36,932 nucleotides of DNA from contig JBBSVL010000001.1 of assembly GCA_038233595.1 (NCBI GenBank), positions 1 through 36,932 on the forward strand, written 5' to 3'. Below are positions 1 to 6,956 of the stretch, in pieces. The DNA comes from Propionibacteriales bacterium. GTDB taxonomy: Bacteria > Actinomycetota > Actinomycetes > Propionibacteriales > Nocardioidaceae. A program made the position numbers and the translations under genes. The notes beneath the pieces were generated by a model that made no database searches, was not told the origin of the DNA, and was given only the letters and a program-made list of their open reading frames with translations. The stretch's first letter is position 1; each line of letters starts with the position of its first letter.

Positions 1-1303
1 ACGCCGGACCGATCGCCTGCGCCACCAAGGCAGCGGACAGCCCGACGTACGGCAGCCCGGCCCCGGGGGTGGTGTGCGCTCCGGCGCAGTAGACGCCGTC
101 GACCGGAGCCACCGTCCCCAGCCGGTGGTCCAGCGTCCTGCGACCTTGCCAGAGCACGCCGTACGGCGAACCGTGCCAGCCCTCGACCAACGCCCGAGGG
201 GAGAGGTCGAGGCGAACCTCCACCTGCGCGCGTACGTCGATCCGGTGCCGGGCCAGCGCGGAGACCAGGTCCTCGGCGATGTTGCCGCGCCCCAGCAGGG
301 TCCAGGCGTGAGCGCCGTCGGGCGCGGTGCCGTTAGTACGCAGCACCAGGAACGGGTCGCCGTGCAGCACCACCTCGTGCGGCAGGTCGGGGACGTCACC
401 GACGATGCCGAGGTGGGTGACCACCGGAGGGATCGCCGGCATGGTGCGCTGGACCAGTCTGGCCAGTGCGGGCAGCCGACGCGGGTCGATCGCCACCACG
501 ACCAGGTCCGCGGCCCGGCTGCCCTCGGCGGTGTGCACCCCCCGGACGCATCGGTCGGCGACGACCAGGTCCAGCGCCGTGGTCCCGGTGTGCACCGTGA
601 CGCCGCGGGTGCGGAGCCGCTCGGTCATCGCGGCGGTGAGCAGGCCCATCCCGCCGGGCACCGTCCAGGTGCCGAACTTCTGCTCGACGTAGGAGACCAT
701 CCCGGCCCAGGCAGGCACGTTGCGCGGGTCGTGGCCCTCCATCAACGCCGGCGTGAGCGCCAGGTCGCGCAGCCGGTCGTCCTTGAGTCCCTTCATGATG
801 ATCTTCTGCAACGTCATCCGGTTGGCCATCAGGTCGCGCGAGCGCCGGCTCGCGTGGGCCGGTGACCAGGGCCGCTCCAGCCAGTCCTTGCGCAGCGCAT
901 CCCAGGCGTCCGTGAACTCAGCGGTGTAGGACACCCACTGCTCCCCGAGCCCCGCGCCCAGCGCCTTGTCGATCGCCTCGATCTGCCCCGACCGGCTACC
1001 GCCGGGGAGGTCAAGTCGGGTGCCGTCCTCGAAGCGGTGCTGCTGGGACGGCACCACCGGCACCAGGTCGAGCTCCTGCTCCAGCGGTCGCCCGGACTTG
1101 CGGAACAGGTCACGGATCACGGCGGGCAGCAGGGTCTGGGAGGCTCCGGCGTCCCAGCGGAACCCGTCCTGCTCGACGAAACCGAGCGCACCGCCGAGCC
1201 GGTCGGAGGCCTCGAGCAGGGTGACCTCGTGGCCCTGCTTGGCGAGCCGGGCGGCGCTGGCCATGCCCCCGAAGCCGCCCCCGACCACCGTCACCTGCGC
1301 CAT
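1..1303 (-). CDS. FAD-dependent oxidoreductase, phytoene desaturase (CrtI)-like; stop codon falls at or just beyond the window edge
   Basis: Not in the ORF track; read manually. ATG at 1303, MAQVTVVGGGFGGMASAARLAKQGHEVTLLEASDRLGG (GxGxxG dinucleotide fold, E..DRLGG), GFRWDAG, and C-terminal GVYCAGAHTTPGAGLPYVGLSAALVA typical of CrtI-like enzymes. Confidence 0.85.
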   Translation of the reverse strand, partial: MAQVTVVGGGFGGMASAARLAKQGHEVTLLEASDRLGGALGFVEQDGFRWDAGASQTLLPAVIRDLFRKSGRPLEQELDLVPVVPSQQHRFEDGTRLDLPGGSRSGQIEAIDKALGAGLGEQWVSYTAEFTDAWDALRKDWLERPWSPAHASRRSRDLMANRMTLQKIIMKGLKDDRLRDLALTPALMEGHDPRNVPAWAGMVSYVEQKFGTWTVPGGMGLLTAAMTERLRTRGVTVHTGTTALDLVVADRCVRGVHTAEGSRAADLVVVAIDPRRLPALARLVQRTMPAIPPVVTHLGIVGDVPDLPHEVVLHGDPFLVLRTNGTAPDGAHAWTLLGRGNIAEDLVSALARHRIDVRAQVEVRLDLSPRALVEGWHGSPYGVLWQGRRTLDHRLGTVAPVDGVYCAGAHTTPGAGLPYVGLSAALVAQAIGPA

Positions 1304-1309
1304 GGGCCG

Positions 1310-1315
1310 AGCCTA
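1310..1315 (-). promoter_or_regulatory. -10 element (TAGGCT), probable leaderless transcript
   Basis: TANNNT hexamer 6 nt upstream of ATG 1303, no Shine-Dalgarno. Confidence 0.55.
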
Positions 1316-1340
1316 GGCGGCCTAGGGGACAGCGTGCTGC

Positions 1341-2192
1341 TCACAGTGCCGGGCGACCTCGGGCGATCCGTCTGCGCACCTCACGGATCGAGGCGTTGAA
1401 CGGGTACTCCTGGGCCACGCGCGGCAGCCGTCGTACGACGCCGGCGGCGTGAGCGACCAGACGGTCGAACCGGCGCTGGTCAGCCGCGGCCCACGGCAGC
1501 CGCATCTCCTCGCGGAACTCCGGCGGCAGGAACCCCGTGGTCAGCCGGACCCGGCGGTCGCCGATCGACTCGGGCGGCGGCCGGGGAAGGTAACGCATCC
1601 GGATCACGGAGATCAGGAAGTCCCGGACCTCCCGGTCGACCCGGATCCGGGCGACACCCTCGCGCCAGGCCACCTCGAACGCCGCGTGGCTCGTGGGCCA
1701 GGCCGTCGCCGGCATCTGCAGCAGGCCGCCGAGCACCACCCCCTCGGCCAGCAGCGCCTCCCGGCCGTCGGTGTCGAAGGGGCCGTGCACCAGCTCGTAG
1801 GTCTCCTCGAAGCCGCGGTAGAGGCAGGCCGCGACCCACCACTGCTGGCCCGGATCCATCGCGTCGTAGGCGACCGGGGCGTCCGGACCGCTGCGCACCG
1901 TCGCGTGGGACTCGTTGACGCCCCGCCGGAAGGCGGCCCGCTCCGTGGCGCTGCCGTGGCTGGCCACCGCGAGGTAGCCCAGCGTCGTACGACGGCGTCG
2001 CGACGGGTCGTTGAACAAGCCCGCCGGGGAGTCGCTGCTGCTCACTGCCCAGCCGATCTCCGGCCGCGACAGCTGCATCACCACGTTGGCCGCGCCGGAG
2101 AGCATCAGCATCGGGTTGGCAGCCCTACGCAGCAGCGGAGTGGGCAGCGCGTCGATCCGGGCCTGCTCCTCGCGGCTGCTGCGACCACTCAT
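1341..2192 (-). CDS. Oxygenase MpaB family protein (DUF2236)
   Basis: 283 aa; ANVVMQL..PEIG, RRRTTLGYL, VNESHATV, YDAMDP.QQWWVAACLY, WP....F...W, LTTGFLPPEFREEM pattern; start overlaps the arsC-like stop (ATGA). Confidence 0.8.
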   Translation of the reverse strand: MSGRSSREEQARIDALPTPLLRRAANPMLMLSGAANVVMQLSRPEIGWAVSSSDSPAGLFNDPSRRRRTTLGYLAVASHGSATERAAFRRGVNESHATVRSGPDAPVAYDAMDPGQQWWVAACLYRGFEETYELVHGPFDTDGREALLAEGVVLGGLLQMPATAWPTSHAAFEVAWREGVARIRVDREVRDFLISVIRMRYLPRPPPESIGDRRVRLTTGFLPPEFREEMRLPWAAADQRRFDRLVAHAAGVVRRLPRVAQEYPFNASIREVRRRIARGRPAL

Positions 2193-2584
2193 CCTCGCTC
2201 TGCAGACTCCTGGGCAGACTCCTGCGCCGCGACCTGGGCCGTGATCAGGCGCCCCAACGACTCCTCGTCACGGCCGACGACGGTGGTGCCGTCGTCGGCG
2301 GTGATGATCGGGCGCTGGATCAGGCTCGGGTGCTCCGCGAGCAGACCGAGCCACTGGTCGCGGTGCGCCTGGTCGCGCGGAGGGACGACCCCGAGCTCGC
2401 GGGTCTCCTTCTCGCGGGCGATGTGCCACGGCTCGAGGCCGAGCCGAGCCAGCACGCCGGCCAGCTCCGCGGTGCTGGGTGGGTCGTCGAGGTAGCGACG
2501 CTCGGTGTAGCTCATGCCCGCGGCGTCGAGGGCTTCCCGGGCGCTGCGGCACTTCGAGCAGGCCGGGTTGATCCAGAGCTCCAT
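2189..2584 (-). CDS. ArsC/Spx family reductase
   Basis: 131 aa; WINPACSKCR and LIQRPII motifs; SD-like GAGGTGGAG upstream. Confidence 0.85.
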   Translation of the reverse strand: MELWINPACSKCRSAREALDAAGMSYTERRYLDDPPSTAELAGVLARLGLEPWHIAREKETRELGVVPPRDQAHRDQWLGLLAEHPSLIQRPIITADDGTTVVGRDEESLGRLITAQVAAQESAQESAERG

Positions 2585-2650
2585 GTGCTACTCCACCTCG
2601 ATCCGGACGGGCCGCGCCAGCGGAGTGAGCCTATTGCTCATCGGGGCTCG

Positions 2651-3436
2651 TCACGTCACGACCCGGATCGTGACCGGTCCCAGTCGGTCGAAGTCGGCCC
2701 GGAAGACGTCGGCGTCGTTCATCGGTACGGCGGCGTGCAGCGCCCCGGTCATCACCAGGTGCCCGGGCTCCATCCCGATGCCGACCTCGCCGAGGGTGTT
2801 GGCCAGCCAGGCCACTACCGCGATCGGGTCCCCGAGCGCCTCGGCCCCCGACCCGGAGTCGACCAGCTCACCGTTCCTGGTCAGCGTCATCTCGACCAGC
2901 CGGGGGTCGACGTCGCAGAGCGGTACCACGCGGCTGCTGACCACCGCCGCGCCGTTTGAGGCCAGGTCGGCCACGGTGTCGGCAAGCCTGATCCGCCAGT
3001 CGGCGAACCGGGAGTCGACGATCTCCATCGATGCCACGACGCCGGCGACGGCCTGCCGGGCGTCGAGGACGCTCACGCCGGGGCCTCGCAGCGGCGAACC
3101 CAGCACGGCGACGATCTCGGCCTCCAGCTTGGGCTGGATGAACCTGCTCAGCGAGATCTCGTCGCCGTCTGCGTAGAGCGTCGAGGCGAGCACGGGGCCG
3201 TAGTCGGGGGAGTCCAGGCCGATCATCTTCTGCATCGCCGTGGAGGTGAGCCCGACCTTGTAGCCCACGATCCGGTCCCCGTCCTCGACGAGCATCCGGG
3301 TCAGGTGCTCTTGGACGGCGTACCCGTCGGTCATCTCGAGGGTCGGGTCCTCGTCGGTGAACGGTGGGATGGCGACCCGGTCCCGCCGGGCCTGGTACAG
3401 CAGTCGGGCCTTGGCCTCGGGATCGCTGATCGGCAT
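2651..3436 (-). CDS. mhpD: 2-keto-4-pentenoate / 2-hydroxyhexa-2,4-dienoate hydratase (MhpD/HsaE family)
   Basis: VGYKVGLTS.AMQ, QPKLEAEI, EIVDSRFADW, DTVADLAS, LGDP...VAWLAN, VMTGAL motifs; AGAAGG SD before ATG 3436 (TTG 3442 is an alternative start). Confidence 0.92.
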   Translation of the reverse strand: MPISDPEAKARLLYQARRDRVAIPPFTDEDPTLEMTDGYAVQEHLTRMLVEDGDRIVGYKVGLTSTAMQKMIGLDSPDYGPVLASTLYADGDEISLSRFIQPKLEAEIVAVLGSPLRGPGVSVLDARQAVAGVVASMEIVDSRFADWRIRLADTVADLASNGAAVVSSRVVPLCDVDPRLVEMTLTRNGELVDSGSGAEALGDPIAVVAWLANTLGEVGIGMEPGHLVMTGALHAAVPMNDADVFRADFDRLGPVTIRVVT

Positions 3437-3464
3437 GGTCAACCTTCTCGGCTCGTCGGATTTC

Positions 3465-3478
3465 TGTAACGTGTTCTA
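3465..3478. promoter_or_regulatory. KstR-type operator
   Basis: TGTAACGTGTTCTA matches the KstR consensus TnnAACnnGTTnnA exactly, in the short divergent intergenic region between hsaE-like and hsaG/hsaF-like genes. Confidence 0.7.
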
Positions 3479-3517
3479 TTATCGACCTCCGGCGTGACTC
3501 CGGGAAGGGAGCCTGAC

Positions 3518-4420
3518 GTGGCGAAGGCACTGGCGGCCATCATCGGTCCCGGCAACATCGGCACCGACCTGTTGGCCAAGCTTCGGCGCAGTGACGTGAT
3601 CGAGGTCGGCTACATGGTCGGCGTCGTGGAGTCCGACGGTCTCGCCCGTGCGCGAGCGGCGGGGATCGAGGCGTCGTCCGGCGGGCTGGAGTGGCTGATG
3701 AAGCAGGGCACCCTGCCCGACATCGTCTTCGACGCCACCTCCGCGAAGGCGCACAAGGCGGCCGCTCCGGTGCTCGAGGAGGCCGGCATCGTCGCGATCG
3801 ACCTGACCCCAGCGGCGGTCGGCCCGATGGTCTCCCCTCCGGTGAACTTCCGGGAGCACGTCGCGGCGATGAACATCAACATGATCAGCTGCGGTGCGCA
3901 GGCGACGGTCCCGATCGTGCACGCGGTCTCCTCCGTCGTACCCGTGCCGTACGCCGAGATCGTGGCCAGCGTGGCTTCGAAGTCGGCCGGGCCCGGCACC
4001 CGGGCCAACATCGACGAGTTCACCCACACCACGTCCCGCGCCGTACGTGAGCTGGGTGGCACGCCCAGAGGCAAGGCGATCATCGTGCTGAACCCGGTCG
4101 AGCCGCCGATGCTGATGCGCGACACGATCTTCTGCGCGATCCCCGCCGACGCGGACGAGGACGCGATCACCGCCTCGATCGAGAACCGGGTCCGCGAGGT
4201 GCAGGAGTACGTCCCCGGCTACACGCTCCGGCAGCCCCCGCAGTTCGACCCGCCACGCGAGAGGTGGGACGGCAACGGCCGGGTCTCGGTCTTCGTCGAG
4301 GTCAGGGGCGCGGGTGACTACCTCCCGGAGTATGCCGGCAACCTCGACATCATGACCGCCGCAGCGGCCCGGGTCGGCAACCTGGTCGCGAGTACCCGGA
4401 TGCAGGCGGTCTCGGCATGA
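3518..4420 (+). CDS. mhpF: Acetaldehyde/propanal dehydrogenase, acylating (MhpF/DmpF/HsaG)
   Basis: [40 protein letters not shown] (catalytic Cys), [22 protein letters not shown]; GTG 3518 after GAAGGGAG. Confidence 0.95.
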   Translation: MAKALAAIIGPGNIGTDLLAKLRRSDVIEVGYMVGVVESDGLARARAAGIEASSGGLEWLMKQGTLPDIVFDATSAKAHKAAAPVLEEAGIVAIDLTPAAVGPMVSPPVNFREHVAAMNINMISCGAQATVPIVHAVSSVVPVPYAEIVASVASKSAGPGTRANIDEFTHTTSRAVRELGGTPRGKAIIVLNPVEPPMLMRDTIFCAIPADADEDAITASIENRVREVQEYVPGYTLRQPPQFDPPRERWDGNGRVSVFVEVRGAGDYLPEYAGNLDIMTAAAARVGNLVASTRMQAVSA

Positions 4421-5460
4421 GCGGCACCTCGCGTCCGGTGCGGCTGACCGACACCACGCTGCGCGACGGCAGCCACGCGATGCAGCACCAGTTCACCGAG
4501 GAGCAGGTGCGCGCCACCGTGCACGCCCTCGACGCGGCGAACGTGGAGGTGATCGAGGTCAGCCACGGCGACGGCATCGGTGGCTCGTCGTTCAACTACG
4601 GCTTCTCCAAGGTCGAGGACATCACCCTGGTCCGCGCGGCCGCCGAGGAGGCGACCCAGGCGAAGATCGCGATCCTGCTGGTGCCCGGGATCGGCACCAT
4701 GGACGACCTGCGCAACGCCAAGGAGGCCGGCGCCTCGGTCGCGCGGGTCGCGACCCACTGCACCGAGGCCGACGTCTCGATCCAGCACTTCGGGCTGGCC
4801 CGCTCGCTGGGCATGGAGACGGTGGGTTTCCTGATGATGAGCCACCGCACATCGCCCGAGGACCTCGCGCAGCAGGGCCGGATCATGGTCGACGCGGGCT
4901 GCGAGTGTGTCTACGCCGTGGACAGCGCCGGCGCGCTGGTGCTGACCGAGGCCGAGTCCCGGATCAAGGCACTGGTCGCCGAGGTCGGCACGGAGGCCCA
5001 GGTCGGGTTCCACGGCCACCAGAACCTCTCCCTGGGCGTCGCCAACTCGGTGCTCGCCTTCAGCTCAGGTGCCCGCCAGATCGACGGTTCCCTGTGCGCC
5101 CTCGGCGCAGGCGCGGGCAACTCGCCCACCGAGGTACTGGCCGCGACGTTCAACCACCTCGGCGTGGAGACCGGTGTCGACGTCGGGGGCGTGCTGGACG
5201 CCGCCGAGGAGGTCGTGCGGCCCTACATCCCCCGCTGGCCCAAGGCCGACCGCACCGCCATCGTGCAGGGCTGGGCCGGCGTCTACTCCTCGTTCCTGAT
5301 CCACGCCGAGCACGCGGCCGAGAGGTACGACGTCCCGGCGCACGTGATCCTCCAGCGTGCGGGAGAGGCCGGCTACGTCGGCGGCCAGGAGGACATGCTC
5401 ATCGACATCGCGCTCCAGCTCGCCCAGGAGCGCGACCTCGCCGCCACGGGCGCCCGCTGA
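4417..5460 (+). CDS. mhpE: 4-hydroxy-2-oxovalerate aldolase (MhpE/DmpG/HsaF)
   Basis: [46 protein letters not shown]; ATGA overlap with mhpF. Confidence 0.95.
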   Translation: MSGTSRPVRLTDTTLRDGSHAMQHQFTEEQVRATVHALDAANVEVIEVSHGDGIGGSSFNYGFSKVEDITLVRAAAEEATQAKIAILLVPGIGTMDDLRNAKEAGASVARVATHCTEADVSIQHFGLARSLGMETVGFLMMSHRTSPEDLAQQGRIMVDAGCECVYAVDSAGALVLTEAESRIKALVAEVGTEAQVGFHGHQNLSLGVANSVLAFSSGARQIDGSLCALGAGAGNSPTEVLAATFNHLGVETGVDVGGVLDAAEEVVRPYIPRWPKADRTAIVQGWAGVYSSFLIHAEHAAERYDVPAHVILQRAGEAGYVGGQEDMLIDIALQLAQERDLAATGAR

Positions 5461-5471
5461 GGAGAGGCTGG

Positions 5472-5939
5472 CTACTCCACGTCGATCTCGGTCGCGCCGG
5501 TCATCGCCGCGAGCTCGGGGTAGGTGGTGGAGAAGACAGCGGCCGGATGTCCCGCGGCCGCCCAGATCTCGTCGTACTGCCGCAGCCACGGGTCGAGGTA
5601 GGTCCGCACCGGCACCGGGTGGGCGATCGGGGAGACCCCGCCGATCACCTGTCCGGTGTGCTCGCGGACGAACTCCGGTCTTGCCCGCTTGAGTGTCTCG
5701 ACGCCGACTGCTCCGGCCACCTTCGCCGTGTCGACCCGGTGGGACCCGGAGGTGAGGATCAGGATCGGCTCGCCACCGGCGTCGAAGAGCAGACTGTTGG
5801 CGATCGCGCCGACCTCGCAGCCGAGCGCCTCGGCGGCCAGCGCCGCGGTGTGCACCGACTCGGGCAGGACCACGATCCGTCCGGTGCCGCCCAGCTCCGC
5901 GAGCGCCTTGCGGAAGTTGGCGATGCTCACATGCTCCAT
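5472..5939 (-). CDS. YbaK/EbsC family aminoacyl-tRNA deacylase
   Basis: 155 aa; TAALAAEALG..VGAIANSLLF, TGQVIGGVSP, WAAAGHP.AVF. Confidence 0.9.
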   Translation of the reverse strand: MEHVSIANFRKALAELGGTGRIVVLPESVHTAALAAEALGCEVGAIANSLLFDAGGEPILILTSGSHRVDTAKVAGAVGVETLKRARPEFVREHTGQVIGGVSPIAHPVPVRTYLDPWLRQYDEIWAAAGHPAAVFSTTYPELAAMTGATEIDVE

Positions 5940-5946
5940 GCGGGCG

Positions 5947-5952
5947 AGGTTA
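5947..5952 (-). promoter_or_regulatory. -10 element (TAACCT), probable leaderless ybaK transcript
   Basis: TANNNT 7 nt upstream of ATG 5939, no SD. Confidence 0.55.
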
Positions 5953-5972
5953 GCCGCTTGCCCTTGTCCGGT

Positions 5973-5994
5973 TGGTCGAGCGTAGTCGGGACCA
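5973..5994. repeat. Short REP-like imperfect palindrome
   Basis: TGGTC-GAGCGTAGTCGG-GACCA; resembles GGTCGAG...GTCGAGACC-type actinobacterial REP units (from memory). Confidence 0.35.
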
Positions 5995-6029
5995 GGTCGT
6001 ACACAGAGCCGGATCAGGGCTTGACGTCC

Positions 6030-6051
6030 TGTCGGTGGGGAGGTGTAACTT
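6030..6051 (+). promoter_or_regulatory. PafBC-dependent (RecA-NDp-type) DNA-damage promoter
   Basis: TGTCGGTG-N8-TAACTT matches tTGTCRgtg-N8-TAnnnT; a TTGACG hexamer is also present at 6021-6026. Confidence 0.75.
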
Positions 6052-6060
6052 GGAGGTAAG

Positions 6061-6076
6061 TCGAACGCATGTTCGA
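6061..6076. promoter_or_regulatory. LexA (SOS) box
   Basis: TCGAACGCATGTTCGA is a perfect actinobacterial TCGAAC-N4-GTTCGA, just downstream of the -10. Confidence 0.92.
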
Positions 6077-6118
6077 GGGTCGAGTCTGGCAGCGCAACGC
6101 TCTGGGGAAGGAGCTGAC

Positions 6119-6493
6119 GTGCGGAGGTATGACGATCCGGTGGATGTGCGCAAGGGACAGGTCAAGGGGAGTTCCGGTCCCGTGGAGGGGCCTGAGCAGT
6201 TCCTGTGGCGCGGGCGGCTGTGGCAGGTGCGTGACGTGGTCGCGCACTGGGTGGAGACCGGGCCCTGGTGGCAGTCGGCGGGGGTGCGGGCGATGGTCGG
6301 GTCCGGCGAGCCCGACCCGGGCGGCCCCGTCGGGCTGCTGGCCGACGATCTCTTGGGCGAGCGTGAGGTCTGGCGGGTGGAGGCGGCCCGCGGTCGTGCC
6401 GTCTCGGCGGCGGGGGACCCCGGGTTCGGGGTCTTCGACCTGGTCTTCGACTGGGCGAGCGGCAGCTGGCGGCTGTCCGGCTGCGCGGACTAG
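6119..6493 (+). CDS. DUF6504-like protein (resembles the ImuB C-terminal domain)
   Basis: GTG 6119 after AAGGAG; 124 aa MRRYDDPVDV...PEQFLWRGRLWQVRDVVAHWVETGPWW...EREVWRVEA...GVFDLVFDWASGSWRL...D. Confidence 0.75.
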   Translation: MRRYDDPVDVRKGQVKGSSGPVEGPEQFLWRGRLWQVRDVVAHWVETGPWWQSAGVRAMVGSGEPDPGGPVGLLADDLLGEREVWRVEAARGRAVSAAGDPGFGVFDLVFDWASGSWRLSGCAD

Positions 6494-6506
6494 AGGGGCT
6501 GAGGGG

Positions 6507-6956
6507 ATGACGATGCACGAGACGGGCTACCTCCCGGCAGCCACCCACTCCTACCTCGACCGCGCCGCGGAGTCGCTGCACGAGGCGGCGACGAGTGCCG
6601 AGGTGCCGGCCCGCTACGCCTGTGCCCACGTCGCCGCTCTGCGGGCGACGGCGGCGCTGCTGGCGGCACGCGCCCGCCCGGCGGCGACCGGGCGTCGGCG
6701 GGTGCAGAAGAACGCCTGGGTGCTGCTGGCGGAGGTGGCACCCGAGCTCGCCGAGTGGGCGAGCTTCTTCGCCGCCGGCGCGGGCAAGCGTGCCGCCGCC
6801 GAGGCCGGCTCACGGCGAGCGGTCACCGAGCGCGAGGCCGACGACCTGGTCCGTGACGCCGACCGGTTTCTGGCCCTGGTCGAGCAGACGCTGGGGCTGG
6901 TCTCTCGCGGAGCGCCGTCCGACGTGCGTGCCGAACGGCGCTCCGACGTTGCCTGA
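6507..6956 (+). CDS. SAV_6107-like HEPN domain protein
   Basis: ATG 6507 after GAGGGG; 149 aa, RYACAHVAALRATAALLA, NAWVLLAEVAPELAEWASFFA, KRAAAEAG, EREADDLVRDADRFL. Confidence 0.8.
   Translation: MTMHETGYLPAATHSYLDRAAESLHEAATSAEVPARYACAHVAALRATAALLAARARPAATGRRRVQKNAWVLLAEVAPELAEWASFFAAGAGKRAAAEAGSRRAVTEREADDLVRDADRFLALVEQTLGLVSRGAPSDVRAERRSDVA

Noticed and set aside
2585-2653. GAGCCCCGATGAGC on the minus strand after mhpD, resembling the 3' end of the 48-bp element
   Set aside because: No arms or loop core, and no mini-ORF closes both overlaps; the region is better explained as a TAGGCT promoter plus SD for the arsC-like gene.
6595-6948. N-terminal extensions in the ORF track (dnaE2 from 6595, mraY from 24267, murG from 28501, murC from 30219, transglutaminase from 16142, yggS from 34850) suggesting fusions
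   Set aside because: The extensions overlap neighbouring genes in other frames; family motifs begin at the downstream starts, which form typical stop/start overlaps.
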